Of a DNA stretch of 64,000 nucleotides, positions 1 to 10,070 are shown piece by piece. The notes beneath the pieces are model-generated. The model was given only the letters and a program-made list of their open reading frames with translations, searched no databases and was not told the origin of the DNA. This stretch comes from Planctomycetaceae bacterium (GTDB taxonomy: Bacteria > Planctomycetota > Phycisphaerae > Phycisphaerales > SM1A02). The position numbers and the translations under genes are program-made. The stretch is from NCBI GenBank assembly GCA_947474065.1, contig CANJHD010000007.1, forward strand, positions 2,365-66,364. The letters are read 5' to 3'. How positions within the stretch are numbered: the stretch's first letter is position 1; each line of letters opens with the position of its first letter.

Positions 1-1588
1 CAATGAACTGCGATCAGTAGTGATCGACCAAAGTCCGGTCCGACTTATGCACCACTCAGAGCAAGGTGTAGAGATCGTTACCGAATTGGAAGGTGTCGAA
101 GCAAGCCGCACGCCACACCGTGCACGCTCAGAGATTGTGCAATTCCCGCTCGGCGCGCGCATTGCGATTGCATTTCGATCTGCAGATCCGGAGCGCGACC
201 GCGTTGCCAAAGATGAGATGAATGCCACCGTACCGGACCGCATGGCGCTCATTGTGGATGGGCGCTGTCGCGCGTGGGCGACATTTACATCAGTGCGGCT
301 CATGGCAGCGGTGAATTCAGACCCGTGGTGTATCGATCGTGATAGTCGATTGCTAGCAACTGAAAGCACTCACAGCGCGCTTGCGGCGCAGTTCGCCGCG
401 GCAATTTCTGCGCAATCCATTGATGAAGTCCAGCGTGCCTTGGCGGCAATTAATGCGCAACATGAAGCGTGCGAAGCAACCACCACCGAGCGCGCCGCCG
501 AATGGGAATTGGCGGCCATGCACATACTTGACGGGGGCATGGATGCCGCGTGCGATGCAACTCTCATTGCGCGTTGGATTCCAATCACTAGCCGTGATGA
601 TGCGCTATTGGCAATTCGCCGCTGGAAATCGGCGGGCTATGGTCGATTCGCAACGCGGCTGGCGCTCATTGCTGACATATCCGACGATGAAGTTGCACAC
701 ACTGGCACGAGTCACGCAGGCGATCAACCAGGCTGGGATGCTACTGATGGAATCAATGCTGACGATTCACTTGATCCATTAAAACGCGTGTCCACTGAGT
801 GCGATGCTTCGTTGCTACATGATGGCGCGCTCGTACTTCATGATGCGGTGCAAGCGGAAATTATTTCACATGTCCGCGACAAATTCGTTTCATCCGCAAT
901 GATCGCTGAACTCTGCCTGGTGTGTTCGCAACACAGCGCCGATCTCTATGAGATAAACCAATCGCGAGCCGACGCCATCGCGAGCGACGCGCGTGCGGTT
1001 CTTTCAGTTGCAATACAAGATGGCTCCGCTGTGAGCGATCCGATGGAATATTCGGTGCGATTTGCAACTGACACGGTGTCCGCTGCGTTACGAGACCCGC
1101 TTGATGAAGACGCCATTTCCGCCACGCGAGCGGGCTGGGATATCTGTGCTCATGCAACAATTGCGGCGCTACAGAAAGCCTGTCGCGACGGCGCGACGGC
1201 ACAACAATCAGCGAGTATTCGCAGCGGGGCGATGACCGATACTGACGCGACTCAGCCAACACCGGGGCTGGCATTCGTCGCTGCGCTGCAGCGTGAATTG
1301 CACATACAGCGCGCCATGGTTGGAAATTCCTATTGCCCTGCACTCATCGCGCCAGCCGGAATCTTGCTCCCTGATGCTTCATCAGTCAGCCGCAACATCG
1401 ATCGAATGATTCGTTCGACGATGGACAGCGAAAGACGGCGAGTTGATATTACGGGCGCACTGCTCGGCGAACACCTTGGAGCAGCGCGCGGAGCGACGTC
1501 ACAGCGCAGAATGGTCTCGGCCACCGTAAAGCTCACCATTGGTGTGTTCATGCAGTGGTGTGCGTCAGGGGCGCGACCAGACGAGTGA
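1..1588 (+). CDS. Hypothetical Ala/Asp-rich protein, probably 5'-truncated by the window edge
   Basis: 522-aa ORF (20..1588); the frame is open back to position 2. No recognisable motif. Confidence 0.6.
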   Translation, partial: NELRSVVIDQSPVRLMHHSEQGVEIVTELEGVEASRTPHRARSEIVQFPLGARIAIAFRSADPERDRVAKDEMNATVPDRMALIVDGRCRAWATFTSVRLMAAVNSDPWCIDRDSRLLATESTHSALAAQFAAAISAQSIDEVQRALAAINAQHEACEATTTERAAEWELAAMHILDGGMDAACDATLIARWIPITSRDDALLAIRRWKSAGYGRFATRLALIADISDDEVAHTGTSHAGDQPGWDATDGINADDSLDPLKRVSTECDASLLHDGALVLHDAVQAEIISHVRDKFVSSAMIAELCLVCSQHSADLYEINQSRADAIASDARAVLSVAIQDGSAVSDPMEYSVRFATDTVSAALRDPLDEDAISATRAGWDICAHATIAALQKACRDGATAQQSASIRSGAMTDTDATQPTPGLAFVAALQRELHIQRAMVGNSYCPALIAPAGILLPDASSVSRNIDRMIRSTMDSERRRVDITGALLGEHLGAARGATSQRRMVSATVKLTIGVFMQWCASGARPDE

Positions 1589-1887
1589 ACACACTGAAAA
1601 CGGCAACGACCGGACGGCGCGCATGCGCAGCCGTCCGGCTTTGTTGCCTACCCGCCGCCATTTACCGTCAGCGGGTCCAAAGCGATCTCCGCAAAGCACG
1701 GAGCCCTCCGAGTCCCGACCCGAAGGCCGCCAGACTCACGAGGACAATCGAATGCGCTAACCCACGCTGCAAATGAAATCACCGAAATGAATGCGTTCAT
1801 AAGACCGATAATGATGCGCCCACAGGCGCGCGAGACCGACTGTGCGATCTCGGTGACCTGTTCTAGCGCTTCATTGCGACCAATGAC

Positions 1888-2997
1888 TTAGGACACGGAA
1901 CGCAGCAGCGTCACTCGGCCAATTGGCACCCATTCAGCGACCAAGATGTCGCCATTGGCAAGCCAAATCGCGTCATGCGGATGGACGAACTTGCCTGGGA
2001 TGAACTGGTCACGCGAAGCACCGCGGAGGGCGCTCGGGTTGCCATCGCAGAGCTGGACAATCGGGGCATTCTTGGCGTCAAGAATCGTGACAACGCTGTC
2101 AAGGTCAGGAACCAGCATGCGGTCGCCGCGAACCTTCATGTCGCAGGGCTGACGCATGCTGTTAGTCACAAATCCAAGATGCGCGCCGTCGAGGGACATG
2201 TACTGAATGCGTCGATTACCGCGGTCAGCCACCACGAGCGCCGGTTCGCGCGTGAAATTCGTGCCACGCGAGTCAACATAAATGCCGTGCGGGCACGCCA
2301 CTTGACCTGGATCCTTACCAGGACGAGCAATGATCTTCTTCCACTTGCCGTCAGCCGAGAATGCGTGGATGAAACTGGAGCCGTAGCCATCACCGATGAA
2401 CACCGTTCCATCGGGACCAAACGCCGAATTGGTTGGGCACCACTTGTCGGCGGACTCATACACGCCACTCTCCATTGGGCAGCCCGCTTCCCACAGAACC
2501 GTGCCATCAAGCGTGGTCTTGACGACCATGCGCCGACCAGTATCGCAGTGGTACAGGAACTCGGTTCCATTCTCGGTATGCAAGTCCATGCCGTGCGCGC
2601 CGCCGGCAAATTCCTTGCCGAAGCTGCGTAGGAACTTGCCATCTGAGGAATACACATAGACCGCGTCCTTCAGGGTGCTCGACGGGTGCACGGTGTGTGC
2701 TAAGTAGATGTTTCCCTTGGCATCCTGCGCAACGCCGTGGGTGTCACCGAATGCTGCACCACCGGGCGGTGGCACAAGCCAATCGTGATGAACTTCATAG
2801 CGCGTGGATCCACTGCCGACAATCATTGCCGCAGGCGCTGCGGGAGGAACGGTTGGTGGCGTGGCTGAACCCGCGCCAACAGGAGTGCTACCGCCCACCT
2901 GCGAGTTGCCGAATGAACGAGAGGCGATCGATGCAGCGAAACCCGCAGCGCCGAGAGCAGCAGCGGTCGTCAAGAACGATCGTCGTGTGTTATCCAT
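1888..2997 (-). CDS. Tat-exported NHL-repeat beta-propeller protein (peptidylglycine lyase/PAL-like)
   Basis: Twin-arginine signal NTRRSFL; repeated NHL motifs (THGVAQD, PHGIYVD, VADRGNRRIQ, HPHDAIW). Confidence 0.8.
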   Translation of the reverse strand: MDNTRRSFLTTAAALGAAGFAASIASRSFGNSQVGGSTPVGAGSATPPTVPPAAPAAMIVGSGSTRYEVHHDWLVPPPGGAAFGDTHGVAQDAKGNIYLAHTVHPSSTLKDAVYVYSSDGKFLRSFGKEFAGGAHGMDLHTENGTEFLYHCDTGRRMVVKTTLDGTVLWEAGCPMESGVYESADKWCPTNSAFGPDGTVFIGDGYGSSFIHAFSADGKWKKIIARPGKDPGQVACPHGIYVDSRGTNFTREPALVVADRGNRRIQYMSLDGAHLGFVTNSMRQPCDMKVRGDRMLVPDLDSVVTILDAKNAPIVQLCDGNPSALRGASRDQFIPGKFVHPHDAIWLANGDILVAEWVPIGRVTLLRSVS

Positions 2998-3079
2998 AGG
3001 TTTCTAAATTACCTGTGAGCGCACCCTGGGTTGCCATGAAACCGCCCTGTTTAGTGGTCGCAAGCCCGAGAACTGCACA

Positions 3080-4603
3080 TTAAGGGCCAACCGGTGGCCC
3101 TGCGGTCCCGGAGGTGCCCGGCACGGCGGCTCCGACCACAATTTCCACACCAGGGTGGGCAGCCCGAAAGCGATCAATTCCCTGCGCCGTGATCTGGGTG
3201 TTGAACACATATACGCGCTGCAAACGCGGCAATTTGGCGAGCACCGTGAAGACACCGTCGGTGGCACTGGTGCTCACCAAGTTCACCGTCTCTGCTTCAA
3301 GTGTCCGAGACAAGAGCACAGTGATGCCGACATCGGTCAATGCCGTGTTGTCTACGCGCACCGAGCGAACCAATGGCATTGCTGGCATTTGCATCATGCC
3401 AGCATCGGAAACTGATGCACGCGCAAACGACAGTTCCTCAATCTGCGGCGCAATCGGAATGAGTGCAGCAAGGGCGACATCGCCCACACCCTTTCCGCCC
3501 GGAATACTCACCGCAAATGTCGACGCCCCGACAGAGAGCGGAACAGCATTGATCCCCTTTCCGCGCAGAGCGGCCGCCTCAGCCACCTGCGAATCAGACA
3601 ACGCCGGCAAACCAGCAGTTCGGCCTTTGCCGACCTTCACTGGACCGCGACTCTCGGCGGTGGATGCGGGCACTGGCGCGCCACGGACTCCGCCTGCCTC
3701 ACTCGCTTCGCCTGCTGCACTCCCCGCCGGCATCACCGCACCAGCAGCAATCCATGTTCGAAGTACCTCGAGTTGCGACGCCTTCAATCGATCGCCCTTG
3801 GGGGGCATGGCGTCATCATCTTCCGCAGGGAGCATGCAACGCTCAATCATCAGGCTGTGTGCAGGATCACCGGCCTGGACAATCCAAGACCCGCGGGAAT
3901 CGCGAGAAACTAGCGAGGATCTCACATCCATCGAGAGACTGCCCTTGTGCTTTCCATTGCCATGGCACTCATAGCAGCGATCCTGAAGAATGGGCAACAC
4001 ATTCGATGTGTAGTACGCCAGTTTGTCTAGTTCTGTGTCACTTCCTGGAGTCGTGCCTGCGGAAGCTGTGCCACTCCCCGCCCCTTGCTTCGCTCCTGTG
4101 TCGTCCTTCGCTGGCGCGCCACCCAATGCCTTGAGGATCGGCTGCAACACGTAATTTTCGCCCCACACCATGTCACCGCCAAGATGTCCAACCCATCCCA
4201 CCAACAATACTGATGCAAGGAGCACACTCCGCACGATTGGGGTGATTTGTGCGCCTTCACCGGAACTACGCGTTGCGCGCGCTGCTAACCAAGCAAGAGC
4301 GATCAGGACGATGGACGCCGCGATCCCCAACCATCGATGCCAGAAGAGTAGATCCGAGCTGGCCTCACTCTCGGCAAAGAACCACCCTGTACCACTCGCT
4401 GCTACGGCACCAAGCGCTGCAAGACCCAACGCAATCGGTGTGAAGGCGGAAACCGTCGGTCGCCTCTGAATGAGGCGCGTCACTTCGACGGCAAAGGCTG
4501 CAAACACGAGCCCAAGCGGCAGATGAACCATCAATGGGTGCAGCCGACCAAAGGACTCTAGGACTGGCGAAATGGCGTCAGCAATGACAATCGCGGAATG
4601 CAT
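3080..4603 (-). CDS. Membrane protein: DUF2231-like N-terminus + planctomycete cytochrome c domain + LRR C-terminus
   Basis: GRLHPLMVHLPLG and GHLGG motifs with 4 TM helices; heme motif CYECH and MPP...WIAAGA; LRR-like repeats at the C-terminus. Confidence 0.8.
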   Translation of the reverse strand: MHSAIVIADAISPVLESFGRLHPLMVHLPLGLVFAAFAVEVTRLIQRRPTVSAFTPIALGLAALGAVAASGTGWFFAESEASSDLLFWHRWLGIAASIVLIALAWLAARATRSSGEGAQITPIVRSVLLASVLLVGWVGHLGGDMVWGENYVLQPILKALGGAPAKDDTGAKQGAGSGTASAGTTPGSDTELDKLAYYTSNVLPILQDRCYECHGNGKHKGSLSMDVRSSLVSRDSRGSWIVQAGDPAHSLMIERCMLPAEDDDAMPPKGDRLKASQLEVLRTWIAAGAVMPAGSAAGEASEAGGVRGAPVPASTAESRGPVKVGKGRTAGLPALSDSQVAEAAALRGKGINAVPLSVGASTFAVSIPGGKGVGDVALAALIPIAPQIEELSFARASVSDAGMMQMPAMPLVRSVRVDNTALTDVGITVLLSRTLEAETVNLVSTSATDGVFTVLAKLPRLQRVYVFNTQITAQGIDRFRAAHPGVEIVVGAAVPGTSGTAGPPVGP

Positions 4604-4641
4604 GTTCCAAGCGTACCCCGATGGAAGTACGGTGTTGCAAG

Positions 4642-5817
4642 ATGACCGCGCCGCGCACGATTCTCCATGCCGATCTTGACGCTTTTTTTGCGTCGGTAGA
4701 GCAACTGGACCACCCAGAAATGCGCGGTCAGCCGGTGCTTGTTGGCGGACGCTCGGGACGAAGCGTGGTCGCTACGGCTAGCTACGAGGCACGTCGATTT
4801 GGATGCCGAAGCGCTATGCCTATGACACGCGCCCTGGCACTCTGTCCGCACGCCGTGGTGGCGACGCCCCGCTTTGAGCGTTACTCGGAACTGAGTGATC
4901 AGTTCATGGAGATCCTTGGGCGCTACTCCCCACTCGTCGAAGCGCTCAGTGTGGACGAGGCATTCATTGATGTCACGGGTAGCCGACTGCTGCATGGTGA
5001 TGGACTGAGCATTGCCCGCGCTATCCGCGCAGCAACGCAAACAGAACTCGGCCTAACAGTCAGCGTTGGGATTGGTGCCAACAAGTTTGTTGCCAAACTC
5101 GCAAGCGACATGAACAAGCCGGACGGAATCACCGAATCGCCACTCGATGACTCTTCACTCCTTGCAAACTGGCTCGCGCCGATCGGTATCGAGCGCATGT
5201 GGGGCATCGGACCAAAGTCACTTCCACGATTCCACGCGGCAAAGGTGAATACGTTTGGCGACCTGCAGCTCATGGCTGAACATGATGTGCTTGCACAGCT
5301 TGGACACCACGCAATTGACATGCGATCGCGGGCGCTCGGTATTGACAGCCGCGCCGTAGAAACCGTCCGTGATCGCAAAGGTGTTGGTCACGAGACCACC
5401 TTTGCAGACGACGTCAGCGATCAGGAATCCATCCTAGAAACGCTGCTATTTCTGGTGGAAAGCGCAGCACGGCGGTTGCGAAGCAACGGGAGCACCACGC
5501 GGCGCATCACCATCAAGATCCGCTTCGGCGACTTTGAGACCATCACGCGCAGCACCACTCTTGATGCGGACACTGATCGGACGCTCGTGATTCTTGCCGC
5601 CGCCAAGGATCTCTTCAAGCGCTGGGCCGCACGAGAGTTCGTAGCAGTTCGATTGATTGGCGTGCGGCTTGAGTGCACGGCGCCCGGCGACGAAACCCAA
5701 GCATCACTGTTCGCCGATCCACAAGCCGAGCGTGATCGCACCGTTGACCGCGTCGCCGATGCCATTGAACGCAAGTTTGGCAAGGGCATGATTGGGCGCG
5801 GGCGACCCGAGCCGTAG
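4642..5817 (+). CDS. dinB: DNA polymerase IV (Y-family)
   Basis: ILHADLDAFFASVE, SYEARRFG, SVDEAF and KLASDMNKPDG motifs. Confidence 0.95.
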   Translation: MTAPRTILHADLDAFFASVEQLDHPEMRGQPVLVGGRSGRSVVATASYEARRFGCRSAMPMTRALALCPHAVVATPRFERYSELSDQFMEILGRYSPLVEALSVDEAFIDVTGSRLLHGDGLSIARAIRAATQTELGLTVSVGIGANKFVAKLASDMNKPDGITESPLDDSSLLANWLAPIGIERMWGIGPKSLPRFHAAKVNTFGDLQLMAEHDVLAQLGHHAIDMRSRALGIDSRAVETVRDRKGVGHETTFADDVSDQESILETLLFLVESAARRLRSNGSTTRRITIKIRFGDFETITRSTTLDADTDRTLVILAAAKDLFKRWAAREFVAVRLIGVRLECTAPGDETQASLFADPQAERDRTVDRVADAIERKFGKGMIGRGRPEP

Positions 5818-5824
5818 CGACACG

Positions 5825-7249
5825 TCACTCACCGGCACTAGCGCGCATGTTGTTGTACGCATTGAGAGCAGCCACTCGGTAGCACTCCGCGTAAGTCGGA
5901 TAGTTGAAGACGTTGGACAGGAAGAAGTCCAAGCCGCCACTCAGGCGAATGACCGCCTGCCCAATGTGCACCAACTCAGTTGCATTTGCGCCAAGAATGT
6001 GCACGCCAAGCAGCACGCGCGTTTCGCGATGGAAGATCAGTTTCAGGAATCCGTCAGCGGTTTGGTCTATTTTCCCGCGCGCGATTTCACTGTATCTGGC
6101 AACGCCGATTTCATACGGAACTTTATCTGCACTCAACTTCTGCTCTGTGGCACCAGCGCTACTCAGTTCGGGAATTGCGTAGATGCCGACGGGATAACTA
6201 TCGCCCATCGGACTGACTGGCGCACCGAACATTGCAAGTGCAGCGATCCGACCCTGCGCTGCACTGGTGGCTGAAAGTGACGGAAAGCCAATCAGGTCGC
6301 CAGCGGCAAAGATCGAAGGCGTAGTAGTTCGGTAATAATCATCAACCTTGATCCGCCCGCGCTCGTCAGCGACAAGCCCCGCGCACTCAAGGTGCATCCC
6401 TTCCACGCATCCCTGCCGCCCACCTGAAATGACTGCGGCATCGGCAGTGACGCGCTTGCCGCTTTCTAGTTCTACTTGGACGCGACGCGTTGGCTCTTCA
6501 AGAACCGCGATCGAGGTGACGTTTTCGTTGCACCGGAAGATCATGTCATGCGTGCGCATCTCATGCATGAGTTCATCCACGGCTTCGTGATCCATGAATG
6601 AAATCGGCCGCGCGGCGCGCTCTACCAGCGTGACCTTCGTCCCGAGCGATGCAAAGAATGAAGCATATTCAATACCAATGACTCCGCCACCAACAACAAC
6701 CAAAGTGCGGGGGATCTCGCGAAGCTTTCCGACTGTGTCACTGGTCAGCACAATCGGCGACTCTTCGCTTGATTGATCAGGGCACCCCGCCGGGATCACA
6801 GGTCGCGTGCCAGAGGCGACCAGTGTGAAAGCTGTGGTAACAGTCCGATCGCCATCCGCGCTGTCGATCATGATTGTGTTTGCATCAACAAAGGATGCAA
6901 ACCCCCAGAAAATTTTCACTCCGTTGCGAACCAACATCGAGCGGATGAGCTGTTGCTCTTCCTGAATCACTGAGGAAACACGCTCGAGTAATTGCGGCAT
7001 CGTCATCTGAACATGATCAACACCGATTGCCTCGAGAGACCTTTGGACAGTACCCCGCTTCAGGCTAATGACAGCTTCACGAAAGGTCTTGGAAGGAAGC
7101 GTTCCGAGGTGCACCGACACCCCGCCAACGCCGCGCTTGCGTTCGACCATTGCCACGCGCTTTCCAAGTTTGGCTGCCTGAATTGCCGCACTCTGTCCAG
7201 CGGGACCACTGCCAATCACCACAAGGTCATATTCGTAGATGGCTTCCAT
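5825..7249 (-). CDS. sthA: Soluble pyridine nucleotide transhydrogenase
   Basis: GSGPAG FAD motif, GTLPSKTFRE, GGGVIGIEYAS and the C-terminal FNYPTYAECYRVAALN typical of Sth. Confidence 0.88.
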   Translation of the reverse strand: MEAIYEYDLVVIGSGPAGQSAAIQAAKLGKRVAMVERKRGVGGVSVHLGTLPSKTFREAVISLKRGTVQRSLEAIGVDHVQMTMPQLLERVSSVIQEEQQLIRSMLVRNGVKIFWGFASFVDANTIMIDSADGDRTVTTAFTLVASGTRPVIPAGCPDQSSEESPIVLTSDTVGKLREIPRTLVVVGGGVIGIEYASFFASLGTKVTLVERAARPISFMDHEAVDELMHEMRTHDMIFRCNENVTSIAVLEEPTRRVQVELESGKRVTADAAVISGGRQGCVEGMHLECAGLVADERGRIKVDDYYRTTTPSIFAAGDLIGFPSLSATSAAQGRIAALAMFGAPVSPMGDSYPVGIYAIPELSSAGATEQKLSADKVPYEIGVARYSEIARGKIDQTADGFLKLIFHRETRVLLGVHILGANATELVHIGQAVIRLSGGLDFFLSNVFNYPTYAECYRVAALNAYNNMRASAGE

Positions 7250-7276
7250 GAGCGGTGCAGCGTAGCGGCTCAGCGC

Positions 7277-7921
7277 TTACTTCTTAGCGGGCGGCCAGCA
7301 CAGAACCCCCCAATCATCGGAATACCCGTGATTGATGACCACTTGGATCGCAGCAAGCGCAACCGCGTCCAAAATCATTGACGTGCGCTTCAGAACAGTA
7401 CGGTTCTCCCGGCTGCCATAAGTAGAACCACCCTGCGCCAACTGCGCATGAACTAAAGCGCATCGTTCCAGAAGGTGAGCTAACACTCGATCCCATCGGC
7501 GGCGAGCGAGCAGGTCCTTGAGATCAACAGCGTCAAAGTGCCGGGCGAGGTAACGATCAACAAACATGCTCGCCACCAGCGTGCGATCGCGGTTAAGCGT
7601 GGCGGCAATTATTCCGTCCTGATCCGTGGCTGCCAGTTGCTTCACAAACGCCGCAAGAGCTGCGCGTTCCGTCATTGGCTGATTGCGCGCAACATCCCAA
7701 CGCGCGCACAGCGCTGATAGCCCCGCCCACTGCGCGAGCATCCGATCGTCGAGTTCAGACTCACGACAAGACTCTGCATGCTCAAGCCACGTAAAGGCGC
7801 GATGAATGCGAATCCGATTGTCTTCATAAAGCCGCGCATTGGCGTACGAATCACGGCGCGGCTTCCACAATTTGCGAAGCGTAGAAAGGTCGAGTGGTGC
7901 CGAGAGAATGCTGGTGCGCAT
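7277..7921 (-). CDS. HEPN-like domain protein with degenerate active site
   Basis: RIHRAFTWLEHAE, GGSTYGSRENR and DWGVLCWPP resemble a HEPN-annotated family. Start taken at MRTSILS (ATG 7921), downstream of the CDF gene. Confidence 0.6.
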   Translation of the reverse strand: MRTSILSAPLDLSTLRKLWKPRRDSYANARLYEDNRIRIHRAFTWLEHAESCRESELDDRMLAQWAGLSALCARWDVARNQPMTERAALAAFVKQLAATDQDGIIAATLNRDRTLVASMFVDRYLARHFDAVDLKDLLARRRWDRVLAHLLERCALVHAQLAQGGSTYGSRENRTVLKRTSMILDAVALAAIQVVINHGYSDDWGVLCWPPAKK

Positions 7922-7965
7922 AGGTCTGAAGCGTAGCGTTGAACCGCAACACAGACGACCCGCAG

Positions 7966-8904
7966 TCAACCCGTCGCAGCGGCAGGCTCGTCCCACGGCT
8001 CGATGTGCGCGGTGGCATTGCCGCCGTCCGTGCATCCAAGTGCAACCTCTATCTCATACTCAATGGACGATGCCAACTCATGCGCAGTCCGTACATCAAG
8101 CGAATCATCCACTTGGACGTGGAAATCCACCCAATGATGCCTGCCGATGTGCCGCGTGCGAAGCTTGTGCCAACCACGAATCAACGGCTCGCGGGCCCCC
8201 GCCGTACCACTGATGTGAGCGTCCAGAATCTTGCGAACCGTCTCGTAATCGCCCGCGTCTTGCTCATCAACCAATTCTCCAAGCGAGCGGCGCACCATGC
8301 GAACTCCCAGACCAACCAAGATGCATGCCATCAGGATTGCAACCAGAGGATCGATCCAAGCCAGTCCGGACATTCGCACTGCCACGAGTGCAGCGATCGC
8401 GCCGACACTGGTAATCGCGTCTGAAATCAAATGACGACCGTCGCCCACAAGCGCAGCCGAACCGCTTCGGCGCCCAAGCTTCATCAACCATGCGCCAAGC
8501 GCTCCGTTTCCGATGGCGGTAGCACCAATGAGAAGCAAACCCCATTCGATGCGCTGAACACTGACATCACCAGCGAGCAGGCGATGCACCGCTTCCCAAA
8601 CGATGCTCGCTCCGGCGGCGCCAATGAGTGCACCTTCGACTGACATGCTGACAAATTCGAAGCGCCCATGCCCATAGGGGTGCGTGCGATCCGCGGGTCG
8701 ATGCGCCTGTGAAATTGCCCAGAGCGCGAATCCACTTGCAACAACGTTGATGATGGACTCGAGCGCATCGCTATAGACCGCTGAAGAACCCGTCACTCGC
8801 CAAGCGATGAACTTGACCGCCATCAGCACAACGCCCGCAGCCACAGCTATCGCCGCAGCGCGCCGCTCAATAGCGTGCATGGCTGCAGCGGCTTCAGTTG
8901 CCAT
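7966..8904 (-). CDS. Cation diffusion facilitator (FieF-like) transporter
   Basis: SDALESIIN, PADRTHPYGHGRFE, HLISD and HIEP motifs. Start taken at MATEAA. Confidence 0.92.
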   Translation of the reverse strand: MATEAAAAMHAIERRAAAIAVAAGVVLMAVKFIAWRVTGSSAVYSDALESIINVVASGFALWAISQAHRPADRTHPYGHGRFEFVSMSVEGALIGAAGASIVWEAVHRLLAGDVSVQRIEWGLLLIGATAIGNGALGAWLMKLGRRSGSAALVGDGRHLISDAITSVGAIAALVAVRMSGLAWIDPLVAILMACILVGLGVRMVRRSLGELVDEQDAGDYETVRKILDAHISGTAGAREPLIRGWHKLRTRHIGRHHWVDFHVQVDDSLDVRTAHELASSIEYEIEVALGCTDGGNATAHIEPWDEPAAATG

Positions 8905-10024
8905 TGGCAGGTGACGTTGATTGAGCAGCGGTCGGAGCAGCGCCGGGTGCAGCCACCGGATCCGGAGCCCCCGCATCGCCGGCACTTTCAATAAAGACAT
9001 CAAGGAGCTGCCCAGGGGCCACCGGAACCTTGGGGTCCACAAACTCATAGATCACTTGCAAGACGCGCGTATCAATGCGCTCGGCGTTCTCTCCAGAGAG
9101 CGTCTTCTTGGGCATGACTAACGGCACGCGGCGCACGAAGGTCACTGGGAAACTCGCCTGCCGGCCGCCGCGCAACGAAGCGATTGCCTTGCCTTTATCA
9201 CTAAATCGCCACGCATCAAGCTCATCAATATCCACGCGGATGTAGAGAGGATCAAGATCCCCAAGCGTCATTTGCGTCTTGGCACCCGGCCCCGCCGCGG
9301 CATACTGGCCAGGTCGCGCGTCAATGCGAAGAATTTCCGCATCAATCGGAGCGCGCGCGATGCAGCGGTCGAGCTCCGTGCGAATCATTCCCACTTCTGC
9401 CTTCGCTGTGGCGACATCCGCCTCAATGACACGCAGATCCTCTGGGTATGTCCCCTTGCGAACGAACTCAAGATTCGCGTCTGCTTCGGCGGACTTCGAT
9501 TGTGCATTAGCAAGGTCGAACTCGCGCGTTGGGAGTTCATTGTGGCTCATGGCACCAGCTTCGCCGATAGCGCGCAGTCGATCAAGTCGCCCCTGCGCGT
9601 CACGCACCGCCGCTCGCATCTGATCTGCTCGAGCCTGCGCTTGCTTGAGTGTCTCTGCCTTCGGCAAACTGCGCGACTGTTCCAAACGCGCCTCGGCGGC
9701 AAGCATGCGCGCTTCGGCACCCAATGCCTGCGCAGTGAGCGCACGACGATCGATGATGAAGAGCGGGTCACCCTTAACGACTCGCTGACCTTCCTTCACC
9801 ATGACTTCTTCAATGAGTCCACTCACAGGCGCGCCAAGTTCAATGAGCTCCGATGATGGCTCAACAATTCCCGAGCCACTGACGCGGTCGCCGTAGGGCG
9901 AAGTCACCGGAGGCACCATCGGCGGGGGCGACGGCAGAGCTGCGTTCTGCTTGGCGACGGTGTACGCCGAAGCAACGATGCCAACGACTGCGAGTATCGG
10001 GAGTGCGATGAACTTCCAATTCAT
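8894..10024 (-). CDS. HlyD-family efflux periplasmic adaptor
   Basis: N-terminal TM anchor, lipoyl-like VKEGQRVVKGDPLF, coiled coil, RAPIDA and ERIDTRVLQVIY. Confidence 0.9.
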   Translation of the reverse strand: MNWKFIALPILAVVGIVASAYTVAKQNAALPSPPPMVPPVTSPYGDRVSGSGIVEPSSELIELGAPVSGLIEEVMVKEGQRVVKGDPLFIIDRRALTAQALGAEARMLAAEARLEQSRSLPKAETLKQAQARADQMRAAVRDAQGRLDRLRAIGEAGAMSHNELPTREFDLANAQSKSAEADANLEFVRKGTYPEDLRVIEADVATAKAEVGMIRTELDRCIARAPIDAEILRIDARPGQYAAAGPGAKTQMTLGDLDPLYIRVDIDELDAWRFSDKGKAIASLRGGRQASFPVTFVRRVPLVMPKKTLSGENAERIDTRVLQVIYEFVDPKVPVAPGQLLDVFIESAGDAGAPDPVAAPGAAPTAAQSTSPANGN

Positions 10025-10070
10025 GATCTATGCCTAGGTGAGGGGTCTGCGAAGTGCAGGAAAGCGTAGT

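Noticed and set aside
7090..7140. sthA lacking the redox-active CxxxxC
   Set aside because: Loss of the disulfide motif is normal for soluble transhydrogenases.
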